This document shows, piece after piece, positions 38,501 through 49,717 of a stretch of 64,000 nucleotides of DNA (position 1 is its first letter; every line of letters starts with the position of its first letter). The notes under the pieces were generated by a model. That model ran no database searches, was not told the DNA's origin, and saw only the letters and a program-made list of their open reading frames with translations. The position numbers and the translations under genes were made by a program. The DNA comes from Ramazzottius varieornatus. Its lineage: Eukaryota; Animalia; Tardigrada. Location of the stretch: NCBI GenBank assembly GCA_001949185.1, contig BDGG01000005.1, forward strand, positions 1,167,249 through 1,231,248. Reading direction: 5' to 3'.

Positions 38501-39036
38501 CTAAACGTCAATTGTCGGAATACAAAGTATAAAAGAACTTACTACTCGTCCCAATGTTTCCCATTTATTATGGATCAACTCGGCAAATTTCTTTAGTTCT
38601 TCATCTTCAATTTCTTTAATTAACGGGAGACCTCCGTTCTCCACGCTCTTCCAGTCCGGAGGCCGATACTCCACCAACTCCGAACCGATGGGCAAGAAAT
38701 TCTGGTTAACAAAATCTTTAACATTCTCGTTTGTCAACTGTTCGCGCGACTTCAGCTCTTCGAAATCCGCCAGGACAGCATCAATCTCTCGATTTTTCAA
38801 CGGCTTGTCCACAAAAGACTTCGAATCCAGGTAGACCGACAGCATCTGCACGGCTTCCAGCAGCGGCCCATATCCGTACACCAAACTACAACAGACACCC
38901 TCTAAAACATCCAAACGTTCTCCGTGAAGAAGTGAATTTACCTCGAACATGGGAGCCCATCATCGTCCAAGCAAGCGTCTTTACTTTCGGAGGCAAAAAC
39001 TTGGACAGGCGATGCAGTTTCCACAACAGCTGCCAT
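35589..39036 (-). CDS. TREH: Trehalase (GH37), multi-exon, no signal peptide
   Basis: LLEAVQ....[76 protein letters not shown]|[19 protein letters not shown]. Confidence 0.93.
35845..35970. mobile_element. Family-1 palindromic element (trehalase intron)
   Basis: CAGGTGGCGCAC-N27-TTGCACCACTCGG with outer AAACAAA / TTGTTT arms. Confidence 0.7.
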
Positions 39037-40208
39037 GGAAAGCTGCAGCCTTCGTTCGCTTTCCGCGATTACTGCTGTCGAGGAGGTGTTGTTCTCCAGT
39101 CTCGTGACGAAGACAGTTTTGAGAAGCGGACAATGGTGGTGGGATAGACGATCCCTGGCCGCAGCTCAAAGTCCAGTTCGGCCCCAGAACGCCTTGCCCG
39201 TTTGAGCAGCGCACTATCAGGGAAAAAGTGATTGTACCTAACTTAGTCCAAGGTTTAGAAGCAATATAAAAGAAGGAAGGTTTGAAACTTCAAGTTGCCA
39301 ACGTAAACTATGCAACCGATCTATCGGATGGGAAGAATTCCCGTTTAAATCGTGGAATGTGGATTTCAGGATGTGGATGAAGATTGGAGATGCGGCTCAC
39401 ATGCCTTTCGTTCCTGTTGCGTTTTTATCGGCTGACCAATCAATCAGCCGATGAACTTGACACCCTTTCGTTGCGTAACAGCTCAGCGTGATGCTGGGTG
39501 ATCGATTTTCAAATTTCAATGTCAGTGACCGATGATGTCATCTGCAAACCTTTGTCATGTGGTGGCGCCACTGTCAACGGGATCTTCAGATGGCACTCAT
39601 GGCAGTACACATGATCCTTTTCTTCGTCCCTTCGGGTTTCCCAGGTCCCCGTAGGTACTTTCGATTACATTCATTCGGCTTGCAGAGACCAACATTCTAT
39701 GACCGAAGGCGAAAGTGAATGTATTTTTAGCTGTTATTACCTATCTCTCTTTAAGAGACTTAACTGTACTTTCCTTCATCTTTGGAAGGCATGAGAACGC
39801 CAGCGCTCGACGACCGGTAAAAGTCTTTTGCACAATACAAGCTTCGATGGATAGTTACTCTGATGTTTCTTGTCCAACTACAAAAGTTGTCTGATGCTCG
39901 GGCTTCGCCCGATTGTTTCGGGAAACAAAGAGTCAACGAGCATGGACGAAAACGGAGTAGGTCAGTTACACTTGGACCTTGTCTACTGGTCCTCTCAGCC
40001 AGGTTCGGAAGAGTGCCAAGGAGACGAGTGATTTAGGGGTGAGAGTCTTGGTAAACGCGGACATTCCCGCTAAGCTGGGACTTTCCTTTTCGAGAATCAC
40101 GTAGGCTGTGTAAGTTCGGCGCCAGCTGGAAGTTGGGTACCCTCGGAAACAACAGGAGACTCAAGGCAGGGTTATAATTCCAAAGGACCCGCTTCTCCAT
40201 CGACCAAC

Positions 40209-41812
40209 ATGACTATGGACGATATTCCTGTCCAGGTACTGATGGGCGTCTTCCAGGAGATTGACATCATGAATCGGCTTCGGCTCGCTCGGTATGATAT
40301 TGATTCCGCTGGCTGACCCAGAATGTATCTTTTACGATGTCAAATTGAGATGAGAGGAAATCATATCGAAGGGCTTACATGACTGCTTACATCGAATATT
40401 TTACAGTGTTTCGTCGTGTTGGAAAGATGTGATGTCTTCTCCGAGCTTGAAGAAAGCCTTGCACATGGACTTCTCCGAGATGGGATGCCTGAACAAGTAT
40501 CCGTCTGCAGCTTCAACAGTTCACTCAACCGGAAGCCGAGACGAATCTTCCATGCTCGGCCTTTTGGATCAGTTTGGTCGCTGCTTTATAGGACACCGGA
40601 TACAGAGTACTCCACCTCATGGGTCTACTAGAGACGTCCGGTATTCATTCACTGGTCTCATGCGGTTCGTGACACCGCGAACTCGGGTACTGTACATCAG
40701 TTTCGCGCCTTACCAATTTCCTGTTCCGGAGGTCGATCCTGTTGGCCGCAGATACCGGATCGCCATCGCTAACTGGAAGTTCTGGGCCCAGAAGTTCACG
40801 CGCGTCGTTACGAACGGCTTGGCCTATGCACCGGGAGACTCCGTAACACATTTGGCACTGGGGAACTTCTGGATCGAAGGACGACCTGACTTATGGATCA
40901 ACTTCAAATATGCTTCTCTGTAAGTTCAATGTCGAATATTTATCTGCCGCACGACCTGACGTGTAAAAGACTTCAGCCAGTCCTGTTACTGTACGACGTG
41001 GGAGGGTGGCAAACAAGACTTGCACAACTGTCAACTCAAGTGGCGCAGGCGTCATGCCAGAAATAACGGAAGAGTGCGCCGCTAGAGATGACGTCTGGTA
41101 CGTTTCCTTTGCCCGCCTTCAATGTGGTATTCAAACTTTTCTAGGAGAGCAAACGAACTCGCTCGAGACCGTACTTTGGGGCTAACAAGGGTCGCTCTCA
41201 AAGGCTGCCGTTTTCTACTGGAAGCAAGATTCTGGGCAAACGACCTTGTCGCAGGAACCCTGGAGCAGGGGAAGACCGATCTGGTGCCACTTCATGGCTG
41301 TGTTTTCCAGTCGCTGCCAAACAGCTATCCAGACTATATCCACGTGACCGACGAGGTGGTCGAACTGTACATCCAGGACCCACCGAAGACTGAAAAGACC
41401 ATGCTACGGATCTTCGATAAGTATTCCGCTGACCTGACCGACGAAGTGATTGAACATATTCGCGACCGATTACCCGATTTGATGAACAGACCTTACCTGC
41501 AACTGGAGAATGAAATGTGGACGTCGAAGCTGAGAAGGTATGGCTAAATATTACCCCGATCATTATCCGTACAGTTATCAGAGAGGCGGACTGACGCATA
41601 TTGTGTACACTTTGTTTTCAAGAATGGAACCCGAGTTGTTTGGTGGACAATCGGATATCGATCTGAGAACCGTTGAATGGAAGCTCCTGAAGAAGACGAC
41701 GATACACTTTTTTCTGTCGTTTTGGAGGGTATTCAGGCCGGATTATCAAGTGTTCGTGAACGAGTTCGGTTCGTTGGTATTCCATACAGTGGCCCAGGAA
41801 AGGGTGTTCTAG
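40209..41812 (+). CDS. F-box domain protein with unrecognised C-terminal region; 3' end needs a 37-nt intron or a frameshift
   Basis: Spliced N-terminus MTMDDIPVQVLMGVFQEIDIMNRLRLAR|VSSCWKDVMSSPSL fits the F-box consensus (LP.E.L..IF..LD...R.R...V...W). Introns at about 40292-40407 and 40920-41144. Confidence 0.75.
40999..41121. mobile_element. Family-1 palindromic element (F-box gene intron)
   Basis: GGGAGGGTGGCAAACAA...CAAGTGGCGCAG-N25-GTGCGCCGCTAG. Confidence 0.7.
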
Positions 41813-42018
41813 CCGGCAGCGGCGAAACGCTTCCTGGCCGTATCAGCTTTAGAGGACACTCTTCATTACAGTACGTCAGTAATATTAAATTGTATACATA
41901 TATATCGCTTCAAAAGAACTTTTAGACGTTATTAGCTGGTCGAAGAACTATTACTGTGTGGCTATGTACTGATTCATAATATTATTACAACAAAAAGGTT
42001 ATCAAACACTTTCAACCC

Positions 42019-43029
42019 TCAAACCTCGAATCCCACCTTGACTTCGAAATTATATCCGTGGTTGCGAGCACGATGGTAAGGTGGTACCCATCTCTTGTGT
42101 GGGTGCCGAAAGAACAGCACTTCGTCTTCATACTTGGACGCAACAAACTCACTCGCGGAGTAGATCTGCCCGATGGGTTCGAAGTTCGCACCTGGTCCGG
42201 CCTGTCCCCACATCGTGGAGAGCAACGATCCGCTCGGAACCGCGTTGATGATACCCGCTCGGAAGCCATTCCGGCTCTTCGGGTCAATCTTGTTGAAGAG
42301 CTCGTCGGTTACTTGTAGCTGAATATGCAGGGGTGACACGACCCGATCCCCCACCGAAGTTCCATCGGGATTGATTTCCCCCAGCTCATATGGAGGAAGG
42401 CCATTGGGTCCTTCGGGACGGTCGTTCGGTCCGCCGTGTAAAGCTTTGATGGTTGCGATGAAGGCAGCGGTGTTAGGGCTTTCCACACTGGCCGACGATG
42501 TGCCGAAAATATCCGAGAATGGTCCGTCGAAGAAGTTGTGCGAAGGCCGGTCGTCGATACCCTTGAAGGTTATCATTGTTCTGGAGTACTTCCCGTCAAC
42601 CAGAGATTTGAACGCTTGGTTGGGCGCAAATCTTTTCCAGTCAGGTATACAGAAACGAGTTATCCCCACTGTGCTGGAATTGAAGATTCCAGTGTAGCCC
42701 ATCGATGTGCTTCGGAATGGCACTCATCGGAACTTCGCGGCCACACCGTACGACGCGGTGACTTTGATGCGACCTATCGGCATTTCATCCGAGTATCGCT
42801 CGAAAGTTACCCGGTCGTAAGAAATATTGAGAACTTGTTTGACGTCGACCCAATCGTACTGGGGATGTTTCGTAGGTAGCCGGTCAAGAAATAAAGGATT
42901 TAAGGAGATCTGCGACCATAGAATATCCTGCTTTTCTTGGGCGGTCAGGCTTTCATAGTTAGGAGGTAATATCGCAAAGCTTTGACGAATAACATAAGCA
43001 AGCAGGGTAAGAATGCTTGAGTATAACAT
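42019..43029 (-). pseudogene. Secreted catalase-superfamily-like protein, paralog B; single in-frame TGA at codon 102 (pseudogene or recoded)
   Basis: 1011 nt, colinear with paralog A. KFR*VPF aligns with RFRWVPF (TGA at 42726-42724). No other lesion. Confidence 0.7.
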
Positions 43030-43314
43030 TTTCAAAGTAATATCTCTTCGTAGAGTTTTCATCTAAAAGTGCAAAAACAAGTCAATGGAATTGGCAATAT
43101 TATACTTGAGAAATTCGAAATGACCCTCTCGTACTGCTGCCTGGGGATGAATCTATGCATAGCGGCCACAGTACTTCCGGCGAAAACTGACTTGTCTTCG
43201 GGTCTATTGCTTTCACTTAGAGGTTGAATACTATTGTGGAGAACTACAATGCATTGCGTGTGCTACAGTATTTCAGGCGTAAAAAAACGAAAGTTGTACA
43301 GAACATGAGCCAAC

Positions 43315-44325
43315 TCAGGCGGTGAAGCCCATGTTGACTTCGAAATTATATCCATGGTTGCGAGAATGATGTAAAGGTGGCACCCATCGTTTATGGGGAT
43401 GGCGAAAGAACAGAACCTCATCCGCATATTTCGAAGCCACAAAGTTGCTGATGGTATAAATCTGTCCAATGGGTTCCGAGGCCGCACCTGGTCCAGCTTG
43501 TCCCCACACCGTAAACAGCAGTGTGCCGGCCGGAGCGGCATCGATGATGTCAGCCCGAAAGTCGTTCTTGCTGTCCGGACTGATCTTGTTGAACAGCTCA
43601 TCGGGCACTCGCATCTCAACATGAAAAGGCGACACAACCTTATCTCCCACGGAAGTTCCATCCGGGTTGATTTCTCCCAGCTCATATGGGGATAGGGAGT
43701 TCGGTCCTTCCGGCCGATCATTTGGTCCGCCGTCCAAAGCAGCGATGCTTGCGATAAAGGCTGGCGTGTGTGGTTCGCTACCGGAGTCGGACTTTGAGGT
43801 GAATATGTCACTGAACGGTCCCTCAAAGAAGTTTCGCGAAGGACGATCCGCGACTCCCTTGAAGCCTAGCATCGTTCGAGAGTGTTTTCCGTCGACGAAG
43901 AACTTGACACCTAGTTGAGGGGCGAACTGTTTCCAGTTGACAATACTAAGGCGCACTATACCGAGCGCGGTGGACTTGTAGAGACCAGTGTAGCCTGCCG
44001 AAGTATTCTGGAAAGGCACCCAGCGGAATCTAGCAGCTGCTCCATAGGGCGCTGTAATCTTGACTCGTCCTATTGGCATCTCATCCGAGTAGCGCTCAAA
44101 CATCACCCGGACATACGACACATTCATCAGCTGGCTCAGATTGACCCATGGGTACTGGGGGAACGCGGTAGGGAGCTGGTCCAGGAAGTAAGGATTAGCT
44201 GAAATCTGCGACCATAGGATATTCTGCTTTTCTTGAGCGTCGAGACTCTCATAGTTTGGGGGTAGTATCGCAAAGCTTTGACGCAGGACATAGGCCAAGA
44301 ACGTAAAGGCAAGGGAGTACAACAT
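43315..44325 (-). CDS. Secreted catalase-superfamily-like protein, paralog A (336 aa, intronless CDS)
   Basis: Signal peptide; SDEMP.GR.K....G..A..RW....YTGLY....GIVRLS......P.LGVKF..DG..S, NFF...FS and SKY.DEVLFFRH resemble uncharacterised catalase-fold eukaryotic proteins. The ORF is clear; the family call is from recall only. Confidence 0.75.
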   Translation of the reverse strand: MLYSLAFTFLAYVLRQSFAILPPNYESLDAQEKQNILWSQISANPYFLDQLPTAFPQYPWVNLSQLMNVSYVRVMFERYSDEMPIGRVKITAPYGAAARFRWVPFQNTSAGYTGLYKSTALGIVRLSIVNWKQFAPQLGVKFFVDGKHSRTMLGFKGVADRPSRNFFEGPFSDIFTSKSDSGSEPHTPAFIASIAALDGGPNDRPEGPNSLSPYELGEINPDGTSVGDKVVSPFHVEMRVPDELFNKISPDSKNDFRADIIDAAPAGTLLFTVWGQAGPGAASEPIGQIYTISNFVASKYADEVLFFRHPHKRWVPPLHHSRNHGYNFEVNMGFTA

Positions 44326-44661
44326 GGCAAAACTTTTTCCGTATATGGCTTGAATAATCTGAAAGAAAAATTCAAAGCGTTTTGCTTACACGTATTAGGT
44401 AGGATAAAACTTGACCTTTACAGTTTGCTGCCAGGGAATGCGTCGAGTCGGACTTCCGGTTGGGAATTTTTGTTGTGGTTTCAAGCTCAGAACCGCAACG
44501 TTTCAACCTTTTGGTGTGAACACCACTTGAAAACTGCTACAGCGAAAAGAGGCTTCGAATAGAGGCTCCGCATGAGTACCTCACAAACACACCTTTCTAA
44601 TTTCCAAGAGATAAAATTATTTCGAGGGAGCAAATGTGCGCAAATAGACACATCAGCCACT

Positions 44662-45672
44662 TCAAAAATTCAAATCAACATTCAGTCTATAACCAGGTAC
44701 CTGAGAAAGTGTTCTGGAAGGAGCTTGTACGTCTACTTTACAAGGTGTGATTGCAGACAGTAAGGAGGGTACGTAAAATGACTGGACATCTCGTAAAGGC
44801 ACTCTTTCGGATAAGGACCACAGTTCTCGTTCTCGGCTTCCGCACGCTCCAACCTCATTGTCGACCTCAAATTTTTTCGGAGATATTAGGGAAGAAACTT
44901 TGCTGGCAGGAAGCTGCCATCTTGAACACGAAAAGTGGGCCGTCGATGGTCCAGTCACAAGGACTGCGACACGGTCAGCCACGATCTTGTACGAGTCTTT
45001 AGGATCTCGTTCGATCAGTATCGGTGGCGGCGGAGCGAACTTCACCTTACCGAAAAGCGAACTTCCTTCGCCACGTTTCCCTCTTTTGGAAGGAAGTATC
45101 GGCAGAGGATCCTGCATGGAGGCAGACAAGGCAAGAGCGACCTGTGTGGATTCATCCATCTTTCTATAACACAACACAATCTCGTTCGTTGACACTGCCC
45201 AAATGAAGCAGCGCATTTCGTCACGGAACCAAACGAGCAATTCATAAAGTCTAACAGTCTTCTCTTGCGTCATGCGCCAGTTGACGGGTAACCGCGAAAC
45301 TATATCAACAAACACCATACATACTTGAGAGCTCTCAGCGTGATATGTGTCTGTCGGGAGTTCTTGCGAACATTTGGTTTGGAGAGAGATGATAAAGCTG
45401 AGGAATGTGTCGAGGCGGACGAGGACAACGACAACGCGCTGCTGCTGCCAACTGACGACAAAGTACGTCGAGCTGAAGGCATACTGGATGGTTCCAGTCC
45501 GCAGTAATTCAGATGCTCCTCCAGAACCTGCAGAAGCGAAGGAAGATCTGTGGCACCCAGAAAGATGAGTCCAACAGGTCGACAACGTTCGTCTTGCTTA
45601 CTCAAAGGCCCCTGCACTTACCGTTAACGAAGAAAACTTCTCAGTGCAGCATGGGCAAGCAGTCTCCGCCAT
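44662..45672 (-). CDS. Short SLX4-like protein (UBZ zinc finger + MLR region), 251 aa; exons 45672-45622, 45527-45325, 45163-44662
   Basis: Spliced start MAETACPCCTEKFSSLT|VLEEHLNYC is a C2HC UBZ-type finger. TQVALALSASM, PPPPILIERD....KIVADRVAVLV, LWSLS and SFYVPSL match SLX4/MUS312 MLR blocks. Confidence 0.7.
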
Positions 45673-46120
45673 GTCCAGCTCCTAGCTCGTACGGGTGCGC
45701 CCAGCCGTGTCAGAGATGACGATCCTTTTCTCTAACTCTAAACTACGCGGATGACCTTCTGGTCACTCACGTCCTCCAGAGATAAAACGGGAAGAACAAA
45801 ACGCAAGATCGCATTATAATTATTATCGGTGATCCGTGAATCGTGAAAGTGTTTTGATTCAATCAACCCACCATGAATCAACCTGTCTCCAGTTCCCAGT
45901 AGTGCCCTTTGTCGCCCGGGGATTTTCGTTATGGGGTTGTGCAGTGCACTGCCCGTTTTATCCTGGGGTTCCAGTGAATCCAGTCGCGGATTTTCGGGAT
46001 TCTAATTTTTCGATTTTAAGGAATGTTCCCAAACTCCAGTGATATCTTCGATCGAATCTCGCTTGTTTCACTACCTGTTGCCTGTGTTTTAGATTTCTGG
46101 GAAAGAAAGAAGCGGAAGCA

Positions 46121-46834
46121 ATGACTACGCGCAAGATCCTAGCAGTCGGTTACCCGGAAGCTAAGCATTTCGCCTTGAACGATGAGACGAAAGTGCGCCG
46201 CTTAGTTGTCTGGCTGGAAGATAACATCTTCAACACTGAGCTACCTCAAGACTTTCTGGACAATCTCCGCAACGTTTCTCACCCGCAGTGGACCCAGCTG
46301 TTCCAAGAATACTTGATTACATGCCAGTGCCCGGTAGATCCCGTAGCTGAACGCACAGCCGCCATCGACTGGCTGCTCCGTGAAGCCCTGCGCTTGATTG
46401 CGCCACTTCAGAACGGCAACGCGGCCGGCGACCAAGCCATGTCGAATGGTGATGGCCAAGCGACCACGATCGATCCTACTAGCCCAGAGTTCCAGCAGGG
46501 AGTGAACAAGCTGGCTGCCATGCTGAAGATGCCGACCCATCCGGACGCCAGTGTGACGTTCAAGGCCGTGGCGAATTTGATGGAACGACTGGCTGGCGGA
46601 AACGAGTATCACGGAAGCAACGATCCTTCGGCGTTTCAGGTTACCCTCAACGAGATAGCTTTGGGCTTCGAGACGGCAGATAAAGGCTTGACAGATGCTT
46701 GCAAGATTCTGCGTTTGTTGCATATCGATCAGATGCGTAAGTTGCAGACGCAGATGGATCATGCGTTGGTGGCTGTCCAGTCCATCACGGCGGACCCAAA
46801 GACTAACAGCGATCTGGGAAAAATTGGGTTTTAA
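46121..46834 (+). CDS. RTRAF: RNA transcription, translation and transport factor (C14orf166/CGI-99; tRNA ligase complex)
   Basis: RKILAVGYP...RRLVVWLED, AIDWLL..A, F..GV..LA..L....HPD, LGF...D..L..ACKILRLLHI..MR.LQT.MD..LVAVQSITADPKT..DLGKIG. Confidence 0.93.
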   Translation: MTTRKILAVGYPEAKHFALNDETKVRRLVVWLEDNIFNTELPQDFLDNLRNVSHPQWTQLFQEYLITCQCPVDPVAERTAAIDWLLREALRLIAPLQNGNAAGDQAMSNGDGQATTIDPTSPEFQQGVNKLAAMLKMPTHPDASVTFKAVANLMERLAGGNEYHGSNDPSAFQVTLNEIALGFETADKGLTDACKILRLLHIDQMRKLQTQMDHALVAVQSITADPKTNSDLGKIGF

Positions 46835-47208
46835 CGGATAGATACGAGTACTCAACTTTCTTATTTTCTACTGCTAACAATCTTCAAACTTGTTACAAAT
46901 TTTCGAGAGAGTTTCGCAATTGATGAATCTGTGAACCTGTAGCTATTTTTAATGCGACTAAGTTTTCTAAGTTAAAGACGATTATAAATCTTCGGTGATT
47001 TCTTGGTTCTGGTTCCACAACGTTTTGTACTCGGCATGTTTTTGATAACGTGTATGGTTTATAAAGTAGTTACTCACAAACTAGACGGTAGTCGCTGGGT
47101 TGCACTGCTAAAATATTAAGTCGACCAGTTTCAAATGACAAAACGATCAGTTTTAACGTTTTCCAGTTTTTCTAACGGGCTTTTTTTCTGCCGAAGCGAA
47201 TAAGGAAA

Positions 47209-48754
47209 TTATCGGAATGCTCGGGAAGTAGTAGGTGCGTTCAGGCTCAAGCTCGGTAGCTCTTGCTGGATCTGTTCGGCTTTGACTCGTCGAAGCTGGT
47301 TGACCAGCATCTGGAACTTGGCAAAGCGCAAAGTGGGCGCTGTGGCCTGCGTGACACTGCAATGGGTCCACAAGAACCCATGCAGGCGCTCTTGAAGGTC
47401 TGTAAGGAAGGGAGTCAGTATCAATCCTTGCAGATTCTGCACGACGATCAAGCTCTCGATGACAGCGAACTCGGACGGATCCAACTGCGCGTCGCGGCAG
47501 CGAAGCAAGAGCTTGACCAGGAAGTTACTATCTGCCCCACCCTTAAAAGAGAAAAGCTTTTAGCGGTTCCTGCTGGATCAACTTTTCTACACTAAAGTAG
47601 CCGAATAAGCAAGAACCTACTCGGTTCCACAAGGCCGCGCAGACCGATTCCATCCATGGCCCATGAGAAAGATGGAGGATGAACAGCCCCGGCCAGATTG
47701 CTCCTGAGATGGCCTCCATGTTTGCCTTCGGGGTGGTTGGAAGGACCACATGCAAGAACTCAGTGCGCTGTATTCGTTCACTCAGGATGAACCGAAACTG
47801 TTGGATGGCGAAAACTAGAGGCAGCTGGAAACTGTTATCTGAAAGTCGCAAAAAGCAATTCAACACGCTCATTCTAATAGAAATTTTGGATCCTAACAAA
47901 GTGAAATCCAATCTGATGTTTGGTGTTATACCAGTAGGGTGTGTTGGAACGACCCCGGTAAATGCGCCTCGACTTTGACCAGTCAACAAAGACACGCCGT
48001 GACTTCCGATGTTTGAGTGATGCGGTAGTGATGAAGACGCAATGCCAAGAACTGCAGAAGTTGTCCGTGTAGATCTTTGTGTTTCTCGTTCGTTCTTCAG
48101 AGCTGCGCTTGACGAAGGGTAACTGGTTGATGGCGAACCGGAAACGTCGACGAGACTTACAGTTGTGTGTCTCTTAGCGGGCTTGGTCAAGCATTTCCGC
48201 GGACCGCGCTCGTCCTGAACAGCTAGAGTTTAAACGAAAACTGCATATACATCCACACGCATACAACGAGCATCCACAGCTTTCAGTAGGTCTATTGATA
48301 GGCACCAAGTATTCAGCAAGTAAAGCTAAGGCAATCTGATTCTGTGGGGAGACCTTACCGTTCTTGTTCATGTTGACTTCGACGCATTTCTTGAGGCGGC
48401 AAGCCGGGCACCAGTTCCTTCGGGCCTTGTCTACAGCACAGTTCCCGCTTCCGGCTACAAGAGACCATATTAGATCTGTAGTCGAACCAGGAAGTTGAGA
48501 GCCCCATTCGTCCTGCTTACAGATGCAAGTGTAGGAAATGTGGCGGCGGACGCTTCTCTTGAAGAAGCAACTGCATCCGTCACAACAATAAACTCCTGAA
48601 AAAATTCCCTCCGTGACGAATTCGCAGAAAGTTTGAAAGGAGATTTTGATCGTTCGTAGGAGTGATTGTGAGGGAGTACCGTACCATAATGACGCCCGAA
48701 ACTACGGTCGCCGCACACTTCACAAGTTACGGGAATGGGTAAAGTTCTTCCCAT
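47209..48754 (-). CDS. Hr83: Nuclear receptor Hr83/NR2E5 (NHR-239-like), divergent ligand-binding domain
   Basis: [24 protein letters not shown]|[17 protein letters not shown]...[17 protein letters not shown]...|AVQDERGPR; the CDGCSC P-box and ARRNWCP are characteristic of Hr83. Confidence 0.85.
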
Positions 48755-49717
48755 GCCACGACACCTTCCCACAACTTCACGCAAACGGATGGAAAACTGC
48801 TGACAAGTATGCTGGATGCGGCAGAGTTAGAGGAGCAACTTTTGTCTCGGATTAGGAGGAATTACAAGTGCTTTTCTGCTTTTTGAGGTTTGACTGTGTA
48901 AGTTAGCGGTGTTTACATGTCGAGATGAGACGGTTGTCAAACTCCCCTTTTCGGTATACATTACATTGAGTGTTCCATGTCCGACATCTCACCTGTTTTT
49001 GTGCATTCGCGGTGGGAATGCGTAATGAAGGGCCTAGTGATTGTCAGGATGACGATTCCTACCTGGATACATGAGCCACTGTTGCGCCAGCTGCCCGCCA
49101 CAGACCTATGATCTGATGATCTGACGGGCATAATATGGATCAGGTTGAACGAGTGGACAAACACTGTCCCGCGCTCGTTTCACAAGGTTCCGCTTCAGTT
49201 AATCTCCGAGTGTCAGCTGAACGCACAACATCCCGACTCTGTTCGATGTTCCTACCATACATAATCCAATAAAATTACCATTTTGGAGTTGGATGTAATC
49301 AACAAGACTCCATTTGAAACTCACCGTCAAACAAATCGTCAGATGGAAACCACCAAAATCGATACTATGAGCGCTCTGCATGAATGCAACCATTTTCAAA
49401 CTATTTCTGAGCCCGGGTATTTCGCAACCTCAACACCAAGAACAATTTACAACTGGAGGATACCGCGGAAAATATTCGATTCCGTGCTCCAGTCGGTCAC
49501 CGGAATAGCTGGTTTCAGAAAGCCGTGTGCATAAAGACATGGCTGGAATTCAGAGTGAAACTCAGGTTGCGGTTCTTCTTGTAACTCTTTGAATCTTAAG
49601 CTTTTTCACCAGTTAACCAGACGACCTTCATGTCAAGACTATACAGCAGAAGAGAAACATCTAACAAGACACGAAATTTTCGAAAGATATTTTCAGTCGT
49701 CGATCTCATTATTTTTG

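Noticed and set aside
44416-44536. Fourth SLX4-like exon fusing to catalase-like paralog A
   Set aside because: The splice would be out of frame with the catalase-like ATG, and the 3' part is homologous to the 5' region of paralog B, so it is more likely 5'-UTR or promoter.
46241-46855. Long antisense ORFs (also 61154-61693, 62942-63601, 24571-25104)
   Set aside because: Shadow frames opposite genuine coding exons.
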